A stretch of 61,707 nucleotides of DNA, counting the filler, from Candidatus Omnitrophota bacterium (GTDB lineage Bacteria; Omnitrophota; Gorgyraeia; Zapsychrales; JBDRMG01), in assembly GCA_043812495.1 (NCBI GenBank). It is 6 parts of 6 records of this genome, joined end to end, with 100 filler letters (N's around TTAATTAATTAA, not from the genome) between each part and the next. Parts side by side here need not be neighbours in the genome. Positions count along the whole stretch, not along the records: positions 34,871 to 47,514 come from JBDRMG010000048.1; 5 more parts are not named here. One strand, given 5' to 3'. The notes under the pieces were generated by a model. It did no database searches. It was not told the origin of the DNA and saw nothing but the letters and a program-made list of their open reading frames with translations. The position numbers were made by a program, and so were the translations under genes. Shown in pieces: positions 35,226 to 45,236 of the stretch (its first letter is position 1; each line of letters opens with the position of its first letter).

Positions 35226-35253
35226 ATTAAATCTGCTTTAAGGAGAAGTTAAA
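35226..35253 (-). promoter_or_regulatory. Pho-box-like triple direct repeat
   Basis: TTTAAC/CTTAAA/TTTAAT at exact 11-bp period, followed by a TATACT -10-like element; adjacent to phoBR. Confidence 0.5.
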
Positions 35254-35283
35254 TGTGAGTAAAATCTTATGGGGAATTTCAAA

Positions 35284-37062
35284 TTACTTAGGAAGGATAA
35301 ACCAAAACTTTGAGCCGAGGCCTTCAGAGCTTTCTACGCCTACGCGTCCGCCATGCAGCTCGATAATATGCTTAACGATAGAAAGCCCGAGTCCGGTGCC
35401 GCCAAGCTCGCGTGAGCGCGCTTTATCCACGCGGTAGAAACGCTCAAAAATACGGGGAATATCTTTTTCAAGAATGCCGATTCCTGAATCTTCGACAACA
35501 ACTTGTATTTTCCCGTTACTTTCTTGGGAAGTGATCCGAATATAACCCTTTTCTTTGTTAAATTTTATGGCGTTATCGATAAGGTTGATCAATACCTGCT
35601 CTATTCTGTTTTTATCAGCCATCACCAAAAGGCCGGCAGGCAACTCATTTTTGATTTCGATATCCTTCTTTTTCAGCTGAGACTTAAAACTCAAGACGAC
35701 CTCTTCAAGCTGCTGCCTTAAATGAAAGCTTTTCTTGTGCAGCACGATTTCTTTTGATTCAAGGTGCGACAAAGAAAGTAAATCTTCAACTAAATTGTTA
35801 AGGCGTTCGGCATGTTCTTGAATGATTTTCAGGAAATGACGGTTATTCTTCTTGTCATCCAGAGCGCCTTCAAGAAGCGTTTCTACGAAACCTTTGATAG
35901 AAGTCAGCGGTGTTTTTAACTCATGGGAGACATTCGCCACAAAATCGCTTCGCACAGTTTCTAATTTACGAATTTCGGTTATATCGTGGATAACAATCAA
36001 ACACCCGCCAACAGAATGATTATCAAAAATGGGGGTTGCGTTGACTTCGAATGTTTTGCGCACCGGCAAAACAAGGTCTATCTCTACGGATAGTGATTTA
36101 CCATTTTTGAGTACACTGCTGATGACCTCAGCGATATCGTTATTACGTATCGCTTCCAGGAATGGTTTTCCTTCTGCTTCCCCTTTTGAAACATTGAATA
36201 TGTTTTCAATCGTAGGATTCACAGAAACGATGCAGGGCTGACGATCGACAACAATGATGCCTTCAATCATGCTGTTAAAGATTGCGGAAAGTTTTTGATT
36301 CTGAGTCCTGATTTCTTTAACCTTATCTTCTAGTCCCTGCGCCATTGTGTTCAAAGTCGCGGCAAGTTCCCCGATCTCATCATCGGAGGATTGTATAATT
36401 CTGCGGCTAAAGTTTCCTTCGGAAAACTTACGGGAGACCTGAATCATTCTGTTGATTGGCCTTGTAGTCTGAGCTGCTATGACTGAGCCTAACGTAAAGG
36501 CAAGGATTAAGGCAAAAACTAAACCGAGGAGAACTGTCTTGCGGGTCTCGCCCAATGTTTTCTCTACATTCTCAAGCGGGAGCGCGAGCCTTACCACCGC
36601 GAGAATCTCTTTATTTTCTTTTATGGGCAAGGCGACGTAGAGCATATCTATTTTTAGTGTCGAGGAATAGCGCGTGTCGATACCGATTCTATCGTCCAGA
36701 GCCGTCCGTACCTCCGGCCGATAGAGATGATTCTCCATCTTAAGAATTTCTTGTTGGGGCTTTTCTGAATCAGCTAAGACTTTACCAAGTTTGTTAATAA
36801 CAGTAATGCGGCATTTGATCTTCTGACCCAGGGACGTCACTAGCGGGTCCAGAAAGCCTGTGTCTTCATTCTTAATACGATCGACACTGATTTGATGATC
36901 AACGAGGCGGGCCTGATGAATAAGAGAAGTTTCAATATGGTTGAGAAAGATTTTTTCCAGGTTCCTATTTAAAAAGAAGGCTGTAAACCCAAAGGAAACT
37001 AAAATAATAAGAAAATACGAAAAAATCAGCTTTAACTTAAAACTTCTAATTTTCATAATCAA
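35284..37062 (-). CDS. phoR: PhoR-type sensor histidine kinase (TM, HAMP, PAS, HisKA, HATPase)
   Basis: FVANVSHELKTPLTSIKG; NLIDNAIKF; RFYRVDKARSRELGGTGLGLSIVKH. Confidence 0.9.
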   Translation of the reverse strand: MIMKIRSFKLKLIFSYFLIILVSFGFTAFFLNRNLEKIFLNHIETSLIHQARLVDHQISVDRIKNEDTGFLDPLVTSLGQKIKCRITVINKLGKVLADSEKPQQEILKMENHLYRPEVRTALDDRIGIDTRYSSTLKIDMLYVALPIKENKEILAVVRLALPLENVEKTLGETRKTVLLGLVFALILAFTLGSVIAAQTTRPINRMIQVSRKFSEGNFSRRIIQSSDDEIGELAATLNTMAQGLEDKVKEIRTQNQKLSAIFNSMIEGIIVVDRQPCIVSVNPTIENIFNVSKGEAEGKPFLEAIRNNDIAEVISSVLKNGKSLSVEIDLVLPVRKTFEVNATPIFDNHSVGGCLIVIHDITEIRKLETVRSDFVANVSHELKTPLTSIKGFVETLLEGALDDKKNNRHFLKIIQEHAERLNNLVEDLLSLSHLESKEIVLHKKSFHLRQQLEEVVLSFKSQLKKKDIEIKNELPAGLLVMADKNRIEQVLINLIDNAIKFNKEKGYIRITSQESNGKIQVVVEDSGIGILEKDIPRIFERFYRVDKARSRELGGTGLGLSIVKHIIELHGGRVGVESSEGLGSKFWFILPK

Positions 37063-37738
37063 ACCTATAGCCGTAATTTTTGACCGTGATAATGCGTTTT
37101 GATTCGTTTTTTAATTTTATCCGCAGGGTCCGGATATGCACGTCAACGGTGCGGGTTTGGATTTCCATGGCATGATCAAGTCCCCAGATAGTATCCAGGA
37201 GATAATCACGCGATAAGACCCTGCCTTTCGCGTTCAGCAATGTCTTCAAGAGCTCAAATTCCTTCGCGGTAAGCTTGATGGGTTTGCCTTTCACGGCTAC
37301 GCTGATTGTTGAGAAGTCGATGGTTAAATCGCCTTTTTTCATCACTTCCGGCAGCTTATCTTTTTCCTTCATGCGCCGCAATACCGCTTTTATCCGGGCA
37401 ATCAATTCTCTTGGGCTAAACGGCTTGGTGACATAATCATCCGCTCCCAGCTCAAGGCCGATCACTTTATCCGATTCCTGGCTCTTGGCTGTCAGCATAA
37501 TGATGGGGATAGACGCGGTTTTATTGCTGTTCTTTAGACTCTTACAAACTTCTAAACCGTCCATCCCCGGAAGCATTAAATCCAAAATGATAAGGTCAGG
37601 TTGTTCTTTGCTCGCAGAATCTATGGCATCTTCGCCGTCATGAACAGATAAAGGCCTGAATCCTTCTTTCTTAAGGTTGTAGTCCAACATCTTGACGATA
37701 TCTTTTTCATCCTCTACGATTAATATCTTTTCTTTCAT
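37046..37738 (-). CDS. phoB: PhoB/PhoP-type OmpR-family response regulator
   Basis: ILIVEDE, LDLMLPGMDG, GADDYVTKPF, TRTVDVHI; overlaps phoR. Confidence 0.85.
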   Translation of the reverse strand: MKEKILIVEDEKDIVKMLDYNLKKEGFRPLSVHDGEDAIDSASKEQPDLIILDLMLPGMDGLEVCKSLKNSNKTASIPIIMLTAKSQESDKVIGLELGADDYVTKPFSPRELIARIKAVLRRMKEKDKLPEVMKKGDLTIDFSTISVAVKGKPIKLTAKEFELLKTLLNAKGRVLSRDYLLDTIWGLDHAMEIQTRTVDVHIRTLRIKLKNESKRIITVKNYGYRFDYEN

Positions 37739-37834
37739 AGTTTATTATAGCTTCTTTAGGTTAAATGAGCGCGTGGATTATAAAAAGGCAGTGGCCGCTA
37801 ATTTTTCTAACATTTTTTAATGATTATTCTCTTT

Positions 37835-39148
37835 CAGTAGTGTCCCGTTAAGGATTTTATAAATTTTGCAATTTGTTAATTTAAATATGGTTACGACAAA
37901 TTTTACATTTTTCGATTTGAATCAGCTTTTCGGTTATCATGAGCGTTTCAGCAAAGGAGCGCATCATGAATACCGGCAAAACAATTTTTTCTCAACTCAT
38001 GGATTTTATTCCATGGTACGAATTCCAGAAATGTGTCGAACGCTATTCTGGCAACTACAGAAGCAGAACTTTTTCATGCCAGGATCAATTCCGTTGCATG
38101 GCTTTTGCTCAATTAACATTCCGCGAAAGTCTGCGGGATATCGAAGCCTGTCTGCGGTCCATGCAAAGCAAACTTTATCACATGGGTATTCGCGGCAAAG
38201 TCAGCCGGACAACTCTGGCCAGAGCCAACGAAAATCGAGACTGGCGTATTTACGCCGACTTTGCTCAAATTTTGATTCATTGTGCCAGAGACTTGTATTC
38301 AAACGACGACTTTGGCTTAGATCTCAAAGAAACGGTTTACGCTTTAGACGCAACGACAATCGATTTATGTTTATCTCTATTTCCTTGGGCCAAATTCAGA
38401 ACCACCAAAGGTGGAATCAAGATGCATACGCTCTTGGATTTACGCGGCCCGATTCCATCCTTCGTCGAGATTACGCCAGCAAAAGTTCACGAAGTCAATG
38501 TCCTGGATATCCTCATCCCCGAACCAGGTTCCTTTTACCTCATGGATCGCGGGTACATCGATTACGAAAAACTTTATCGGTTCAATCAATCGTGCGCGTT
38601 CTTTATCATTCGGGCCAAAGACAACTTAAAAGGTGCCAGGGTTTATTCACAAAAAATCGACAAATCAACAGGACTAAGATCAGATCAAACAATCCGTTTA
38701 AAAAATTATTATGCTTCCAAAGATTATCCAGAGCATTTAAGACGTGTTCATTTTTTCGATTCAGAGCACGAGCAATATTATGTCTTTTTAACAAACAATT
38801 TTTTCCTTCCAGCTTTAACCATTGCTCAGGCTTATAAACAACGCTGGAAGATTGAGCTCTTTTTCAAATGGATCAAGCAGCATTTACGTATCAAAGCATT
38901 CTTCGGAACTTCGGTCAATGCCGTTAAAACTCAAATTTGGATTGCAATCTCAATTTATGTCCTGATTGCCATTGTCAAAAAACGGGTGAAAATAGAGTAC
39001 AATCTCTACACTTTTTTACAGATTTTAAGCGTCACAATTTTCGAGAAAATTGACGTTTCTCGACTAGGTAAAGATTCTGATAACATAAACACTTTTGTTA
39101 ATTCCCGTAACCAGTTGGAATTATTCCACTAATAACGGGACACTACTG
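37835..39148 (+). mobile_element. Complete IS4-family insertion sequence (1314 bp)
   Basis: Perfect 16-bp TIRs CAGTAGTGTCCCGTTA (37835-37850 and 39133-39148); 9-bp target duplication ATTCTCTTT (37826-37834 and 39149-39157). Confidence 0.95.
37966..39132 (+). CDS. IS4-family DDE transposase (DUF4372 N-terminus)
   Basis: MNTGKTIFSQL; LDATTI; MDRGY; YKQRWKIELFFKWIKQ (YREK motif). Confidence 0.95.
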   Translation: MNTGKTIFSQLMDFIPWYEFQKCVERYSGNYRSRTFSCQDQFRCMAFAQLTFRESLRDIEACLRSMQSKLYHMGIRGKVSRTTLARANENRDWRIYADFAQILIHCARDLYSNDDFGLDLKETVYALDATTIDLCLSLFPWAKFRTTKGGIKMHTLLDLRGPIPSFVEITPAKVHEVNVLDILIPEPGSFYLMDRGYIDYEKLYRFNQSCAFFIIRAKDNLKGARVYSQKIDKSTGLRSDQTIRLKNYYASKDYPEHLRRVHFFDSEHEQYYVFLTNNFFLPALTIAQAYKQRWKIELFFKWIKQHLRIKAFFGTSVNAVKTQIWIAISIYVLIAIVKKRVKIEYNLYTFLQILSVTIFEKIDVSRLGKDSDNINTFVNSRNQLELFH

Positions 39149-39170
39149 ATTCTCTTTAGATTTTAACTTC

Positions 39171-41453
39171 TCATATTCTTAACCGCCGTAATCTCAGGGC
39201 ATTTCCGATGACAGAGACCGAACTGAAACTCATTGCGGCACCGGCTATCATAGGATTGAGCAGCAATCCGATAAAAGGATACAAAACACCGGCCGCGACG
39301 GGAACTCCCAAGGCGTTATAAATAAAAGCAAAGAATAGATTCTGGCGGATATTGCGCATGACGCCGCGGCTCAACTTCAAGGCTTTAACGATACCGTTGA
39401 GATCCCCTTTAACCAGTGTGATCCCCGCGCTTTCCATAGCCACATCCGTTCCTGTCCCCATAGCCACACCGACTTCGGCCTGTGCCAAGGCCGGAGCATC
39501 ATTAATACCGTCGCCGGCCATTAAGACCAAAGCGCCTTTTTCCGTGAGTTCCTTGACGATTTTCTGCTTATCTTTGGGTTCGAGTTCGGCCCGGACATCG
39601 TCGATGTTAAGTTCTCTGGCAATAGCTTGGGCCGTTTTTTGATTATCTCCTGTCAGCATGATAACCTTCAAACCCAAACTATGAAGCTCTTTGATAGCTT
39701 GAGGTGTGCTTTTTTTGATCGGATCGGAAATTCCAAGAATTCCCAAAACTTTCTTCTCCTGAGCGACCCAAACAACTGTCTGAGCTTTTTCCTGCATCGC
39801 TATGGCCTTTTCTTTTAACCTCTCGGGCAAAGAACTATTATCCTCAGCAACAAACTTTTGCTTACCCAACTTGACTTCATTCCCCTCTATCTTGCCTTTG
39901 ACACCGCCTCCCGTAATAGAGTCAAACCCTTCTAACGTCTTGAGCGAAATGTTCTTCTCTTTAACAAAATCCAACACAGCCCGAGCGAGGGGATGCTCAC
40001 TAGGTTGCTCTAAAGATCCGGCGATGGCAAGGAATTCTTTCTCATCAACATTTTCCGCTAACTCGACAGATGTTACGCGAGGTTTTCCTTCCGTGAGTGT
40101 TCCTGTCTTATCGGTTAAAACATGCGTGATGTTTTCGGTTTTTTCTATGGCCTCAGCATTCTTTATCAATATTCCGGACTGTGCTCCGCGGCCAACACCC
40201 ACCATAATCGACATAGGCGTCGCCAGTCCCAGCGCGCACGGGCAGGCAATGATCAAAACGGAAATTGCGCTAACCAATGCATAGGCCAAAGCCGGTTCCG
40301 GCCCCCATGTGATCCACGCAAAAAAGGAAATCATTGCGCAAACGAGAACAGCCGGGACAAAGAAACCTGCTACAACGTCCGCTAATTTCTGTATCGGTGC
40401 ACGGCTGCGCTGGGCTTGGCCAACCATATGAATAATCTGAGAAAGAAGAGTTTCTGATCCGACCCTCGCTGTCTTCATGACAAAAGTTCCGGTTTGGTTA
40501 ACCGTTGCGCCGATTACTCGATCCCCTTCTTTCTTTTCCACCGGAACAGGTTCCCCTGAAATCATGGATTCATCAATAGTGCTTTTGCCTTCGGCAATGA
40601 TCCCGTCCAGTGGGATCTTTTCTCCAGGCCGTACACGCAGGTAATCACCTTTCTGGACCTTTTCAATGGCGATTTCCTCTTCATTCCCATTGCGAAGACG
40701 ATGGGCGTTCTTGGCAGCTAGCCCAAGCAGGGCTTTAATGGCCTGGCCCGTTCTGTTGCGAGCCTTTGCTTCAAGAAATTGCCCCAGGAGGACGAGAACT
40801 GTTATGACGCAAGCCGCTTCGAAATATAACCCTATTTCACCGTGTTTTTTAAGTGCGTCCGGAAAAATAAAAGGAAACATGACCGCAACGGCACTGTATC
40901 CATAAGCGGCTCCAACACCAAGAGCAATGAGCGTAAACATGTTTAAGCTTTTATGGATGACTGAACGCCAAGCTTTGGCAAAGAAAAATCCTCCCGCGAA
41001 GAACACAACGAATGTAGCAGAAATAAGCTGTATCCAACGGGAAATCAATGAAGGTATGAAGGATTCAAAACTGAATGAAGGAATCATATCCCCAAGAGCT
41101 GATAGAAAAACCGGTAATGTAAAGGCAAGCCCTAGCCGCAATTTTATTGAAAGCGTCCTGATTTCATGATCTTTCTCGGTCTCCTGGCCAGAAACATTCT
41201 TGAGTTCAAGATGCATCCCGCATTTGGGGCAATCTCCGGGATGATCCTGCGCAATTTCCGGATGCATCGGGCAGGTGTAAATATTGGAATGACTCGACTT
41301 CGTATGGGAAGATTCCTGATGAGTTGAACGCGCGCCGGATAAAAATATTTTTTTGCAATGTTCGCCGCAAAAAAAGTATGTTGTCCCGTTTTTTTGCGCG
41401 CTCAAAGAGGAATTTTCATCAACGTCCATCCCGCAAACAGGGTCTTTGGCCAT
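39171..41453 (-). CDS. copA: Cu(I)-translocating P1B-type ATPase with YHS and heavy-metal-binding N-terminal domains
   Basis: [43 protein letters not shown]. Confidence 0.93.
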   Translation of the reverse strand: MAKDPVCGMDVDENSSLSAQKNGTTYFFCGEHCKKIFLSGARSTHQESSHTKSSHSNIYTCPMHPEIAQDHPGDCPKCGMHLELKNVSGQETEKDHEIRTLSIKLRLGLAFTLPVFLSALGDMIPSFSFESFIPSLISRWIQLISATFVVFFAGGFFFAKAWRSVIHKSLNMFTLIALGVGAAYGYSAVAVMFPFIFPDALKKHGEIGLYFEAACVITVLVLLGQFLEAKARNRTGQAIKALLGLAAKNAHRLRNGNEEEIAIEKVQKGDYLRVRPGEKIPLDGIIAEGKSTIDESMISGEPVPVEKKEGDRVIGATVNQTGTFVMKTARVGSETLLSQIIHMVGQAQRSRAPIQKLADVVAGFFVPAVLVCAMISFFAWITWGPEPALAYALVSAISVLIIACPCALGLATPMSIMVGVGRGAQSGILIKNAEAIEKTENITHVLTDKTGTLTEGKPRVTSVELAENVDEKEFLAIAGSLEQPSEHPLARAVLDFVKEKNISLKTLEGFDSITGGGVKGKIEGNEVKLGKQKFVAEDNSSLPERLKEKAIAMQEKAQTVVWVAQEKKVLGILGISDPIKKSTPQAIKELHSLGLKVIMLTGDNQKTAQAIARELNIDDVRAELEPKDKQKIVKELTEKGALVLMAGDGINDAPALAQAEVGVAMGTGTDVAMESAGITLVKGDLNGIVKALKLSRGVMRNIRQNLFFAFIYNALGVPVAAGVLYPFIGLLLNPMIAGAAMSFSSVSVIGNALRLRRLRI

Positions 41454-41472
41454 CGTGACCGTCCAATTCTAT

Positions 41473-42258
41473 TTAATAAATAATTGAGGGGTCGGGGTAT
41501 TTTCCACGATTCCTCATCTTCTTGGCTGTGATGATTCCAAAACATTTGTAGTGAGGCAGTCTTTTTACCCTAACTTGCTTAAATCCCGCGTCCCTGCATA
41601 TTTTAGCCCACTGTTTCAAGCTGATGCAATATTCACCTTCATTGAAGATATGCTTTTTGCCGTTGTCATACATTCTGACAAAAGCCTTGATGCCAACATT
41701 CTTAAGAGCAAAAATCCATTCTTGTTCCAATACGTTCAATATCCTTTTGAGCCTGTTGGCATCGCTATGACTTCCTGTCGAATCCATATCAATTTCACCA
41801 AGGATAAAAATACCACCCGGTTTTAATATCCTGTGTGCTGCTCGGATAGCCTTCTTCTTATCTTTCAGGTGATGCAAGGTCACGGAAGAAACAACCTTAT
41901 CAAAAGTATCTTTCTTGAATTTCAAATCAAGTGCATCCATGAATTGGCAGGTCACGTTCGCTTGCAGATTTAAACGCTTGATCTTCTCTTGAAAGATCGC
42001 CATCATGCCTTCTGAATTATCAATGCCGGTAATGTGGCAAGCCGCTTTCTGCAATAACTTCAGGCTCAGAAGCCCGGTGCCGCAGCCGATATCCAGTACT
42101 TTATCTTTGCTTTTCAGGTGCGCATTCTTTGCTATCGTCGATAATAATTCCGTATGAAACCCGATCTTCCCGAGAGTATCATCATACTCGTTGGACCAGC
42201 TGCTGAACCAATCTTTGGTTGTGTTTTTCTTTGATTTTTTATTTCTTTTGTTTTTCAT
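41473..42258 (-). CDS. Class I SAM-dependent methyltransferase
   Basis: VLDIGCGTG; FDKVVSSVTLHH; LKPGG. Confidence 0.9.
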   Translation of the reverse strand: MKNKRNKKSKKNTTKDWFSSWSNEYDDTLGKIGFHTELLSTIAKNAHLKSKDKVLDIGCGTGLLSLKLLQKAACHITGIDNSEGMMAIFQEKIKRLNLQANVTCQFMDALDLKFKKDTFDKVVSSVTLHHLKDKKKAIRAAHRILKPGGIFILGEIDMDSTGSHSDANRLKRILNVLEQEWIFALKNVGIKAFVRMYDNGKKHIFNEGEYCISLKQWAKICRDAGFKQVRVKRLPHYKCFGIITAKKMRNRGKYPDPSIIY

Positions 42259-42360
42259 TCCACTACCCTTCCATCGCTGACTGACTCATTTTCCACTTTT
42301 GCCTGCCATTCAATGAACAAAGGCAAGTTGTTGGCCAGCCAGAAGTCACCAAGACGACAA

Positions 42361-43575
42361 TCAATGGATTTCTCCGGCTTTTTTAAGCGAAGCCTTGACA
42401 AGGACCGGGCCGATGAGTTCATGAAATATAGTGGCGCCGATGATGACATTAACAATGACTTCAGAGAACGAATGAAAAACAGGTTCTTGGCCGATCAGGA
42501 GAGCTAAACCAACAACAATCCCGCCTTGAGGAATTAATCCGGCAGGGACGTATTTGCGTATTTTCAAAGAAGCATGCGATAGGCTAGCGCCCCAGGCCGT
42601 TCCGACATATTTTCCTATCGTTCTAAATAGTATAAATATGACAATCAAGAAAAATGAAGATTTCAGAACAGAAAAATTAAGATGCATCCCGCTTAAAGTA
42701 AAAAAGAGAACGAAAATTAATTGTTCCGTATAGCGCTCAAGAATTTTAAATATTTTATCCTTTTTATAATTCAAATTAACTACGATAATCCCCATGATCA
42801 TCGTTGATAAAAGTTCGTCTAAGCCCAAAAGCGTTGCCATTCCATAACAAAGCGGAAGCAAGGCAAAAATCAAGACAGTCAATGTTCCTTCCGTTTCTTT
42901 CTTGATAAGGAAACTGATGAGATTGAAAAAGAGTCCGAAGACAATGCCCAGCAGCAAAGAGCCGCCTAATATAATCAATGGTTTTATGAATGAATGGAAT
43001 ATGTCAAATTTCACATGCAAAATGAGCGTGTGGGCTACAACAATGGCCAAGCTGTAATTGATAATCCCTAAAGCATCGTCAAAGGCCGCTACGCCTAAGA
43101 TGGTTGACGAAACTTCTCCTTTGGCTTTGTATTCATGGACAACAGCAAGATTAGAAGTCGGATCTGTCGGGGATGCCAGGCAGCCGAGCAATAAACTTAA
43201 AGGAAAAATAAACGTGAGCCAGGAATTCTGAGTGCCGTAGAGAAACGGTAAGCAAAGGCATAAGCCGGCCGTCACAGCTAAAAAAGCAGCCTCGGCCTCA
43301 AAGACAGTGATGCTGAGAATTTTCTTGCCCAGAGTTTTTAAGCGGGAAAATAATAAGGTCCCTCCTATAGAAAACGTAACGAAGCTAAGAGCAATATTGG
43401 TGACTGCATTCGTCTGATTGATAAAATTTTTTGGTATCGCCGTTACAATATCCGGGTTTAACAAAACGCCGGCCAGGATGTATCCTGTGACCTTCGGCAA
43501 TTTAATTTTGGTCGCTATTTCTCCGCACAAAAAACCCGCGGACATAATAATTCCTATAATTAAAATTGTTGGCAC
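42361..43575 (-). CDS. Cation:proton antiporter (Na+/H+ exchanger family)
   Basis: About 12 hydrophobic segments; KLPKVTGY; ASPTDP; AAFDDA. Confidence 0.85.
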   Translation of the reverse strand: MPTILIIGIIMSAGFLCGEIATKIKLPKVTGYILAGVLLNPDIVTAIPKNFINQTNAVTNIALSFVTFSIGGTLLFSRLKTLGKKILSITVFEAEAAFLAVTAGLCLCLPFLYGTQNSWLTFIFPLSLLLGCLASPTDPTSNLAVVHEYKAKGEVSSTILGVAAFDDALGIINYSLAIVVAHTLILHVKFDIFHSFIKPLIILGGSLLLGIVFGLFFNLISFLIKKETEGTLTVLIFALLPLCYGMATLLGLDELLSTMIMGIIVVNLNYKKDKIFKILERYTEQLIFVLFFTLSGMHLNFSVLKSSFFLIVIFILFRTIGKYVGTAWGASLSHASLKIRKYVPAGLIPQGGIVVGLALLIGQEPVFHSFSEVIVNVIIGATIFHELIGPVLVKASLKKAGEIH

Positions 43576-43594
43576 GACTTCACCTTTACTTTAT

Positions 43595-44746
43595 TTACCC
43601 GCATCCAAAATACTTATCGTAGGCGGTGCCGGGCAGGATATTCAGTTTGGATAAAATCTTTATCGGGATGCGAAGAGCCTTGATGTATCTGTAATTGGAC
43701 GGATAATCGCGGAAAGTTTTTGGCGGTAGCGCCACATAGGAATCGAATTCTTCGCGCGTTAGACCCAGGCGCTTGATACACAAATCAATCACTTTCGGAT
43801 CTTCAATGGAATACACGCTCTTGACACTCTCAATCGCCTCTTCTCTTGTCATCTGGCCCGAACGGACAAGGGCCGAATAATTAAACCGTCTCCGATCAAT
43901 ATTGAATTTGATCCGGTACACATGAGTCATCAGGCTCTGGTAGAGATCGTCATAATAATGCGCGCCCGGATAAATCCAGTCGAACTCCTTCTTGATGATG
44001 GCCTCAGCGTCTTTGCGAATATATTCCTGAAAGTACAAAATAGGGACGGTCTTGATTCCTTTTATGATCGTATAGTAAAAGATATGCGACAAGTCAAGAC
44101 TAAAGCCGGGATCTTCGGGTGTCCACTTTCTTAGTTTGATTGTGCCAAAACGCTGATGAACGCTTTTAAGATATTTGCCGTCTAAAAAGTTCCACTCTAA
44201 AGGACTGATGCCTTCAGAACGAAATGACTGCCCGATAATGATGAATTTGATATTTTCCTTAGCAGCGACCCCATAGAGGGCCGTGGCAATCCCGACATCC
44301 GTTGCTTCTTCCAAATCAGGCGTAGAGGCTTTTAGGAAAGCGATACGCAAGTCCTTTGATTCGCGCCAATTGGACGTGATGGTGCGAAGCTCAACAGAGA
44401 GCTTTTGCGTAGCTTTCTTCATGTTTTCGCCGGCAACCGGATTTCCGTAACCGTCATTAAAGTGAACAGCAAGCGGCCTTAAGCCAAGTTTCTTTGTTAG
44501 ATAAAGGGTATAGATACTGTCGCGGCCGCCGCTAATCCCGATGACGCAATCGAATTTATTGTTTCTTCCGGCACGCTTAATTTTCTCGACAATCTGATCA
44601 AATTTTTTCTCTCCATCATCGTTTAAAGGAAATTCCTTCTCTAATTTGTCATGCAGCTTGCAGTAACTGCATTCGCCCTTTTCATCAAAGGTGGCGCCGG
44701 CCACAGTCGTATCGACAATACAGCGTGTGCAAATCTTATAGCCCAT
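43595..44746 (-). CDS. N-acetyl sugar amidotransferase (WbuX/WbpG-like PP-loop ATPase)
   Basis: ICTRC...CSYC; CVIGISGGRDS PP-loop; LVRSGQMTREEA. Confidence 0.85.
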   Translation of the reverse strand: MGYKICTRCIVDTTVAGATFDEKGECSYCKLHDKLEKEFPLNDDGEKKFDQIVEKIKRAGRNNKFDCVIGISGGRDSIYTLYLTKKLGLRPLAVHFNDGYGNPVAGENMKKATQKLSVELRTITSNWRESKDLRIAFLKASTPDLEEATDVGIATALYGVAAKENIKFIIIGQSFRSEGISPLEWNFLDGKYLKSVHQRFGTIKLRKWTPEDPGFSLDLSHIFYYTIIKGIKTVPILYFQEYIRKDAEAIIKKEFDWIYPGAHYYDDLYQSLMTHVYRIKFNIDRRRFNYSALVRSGQMTREEAIESVKSVYSIEDPKVIDLCIKRLGLTREEFDSYVALPPKTFRDYPSNYRYIKALRIPIKILSKLNILPGTAYDKYFGCG

Positions 44747-45217
44747 TTTTATAAAACCCATTCTTTCTTAGCATCTCACCGATGGCTGTTCCCTTTTCTT
44801 TTCTTTGCGGAATGTCAATCTTTGCGACAACGAGCTCACCCGCAAATTCATTATAGTCGCCTCTCTCGATAATCCCGTCTTTGCCGATGGCTAAAGAGCA
44901 TCCGACCATCTTTTTGCCTTCATATGGACCCCCGACGATATAGCCAACGCTGGTCGCGCTGATGACAACAAGATTGTAAAGACTCGCCAATGTATGGTAA
45001 GGTTTAAACCACTTGTCACCGTGTGGATGGGCTTAGCTTCAGTCTTTGCGCTAGGATGCGTCCACGCGAGATCCAGACATTCAGGCAAAAGAATAATGGC
45101 GCATTCTTTGTTTTTGGCCTCCCGGATCATGACGCCGGCTCTTTGAAGGTTGCGCTGCGGCTCTCCCCCTTCGACCAATAGTTGGCCCATGCCGATCTTC
45201 ATGGAATTTTGTGTCAT
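44736..45217 (-). pseudogene. Carbon-nitrogen hydrolase (nitrilase family) with an internal deletion/frameshift
   Basis: The N-terminus (GMGQLLVEGG...LLPEC) joins out of frame at ~45025 to the C-terminus (GDKWFKPY...GCSLAIG...GE). The middle part carrying the catalytic Lys and Cys is missing. Confidence 0.75.
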
Positions 45218-45236
45218 ATCGAGCGATCTTGGCGAG

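Noticed and set aside
37866..38837. 323-aa alternate-frame ORF overlapping the IS4 transposase
   Set aside because: No recognisable domain, and the transposase is complete in its own frame.
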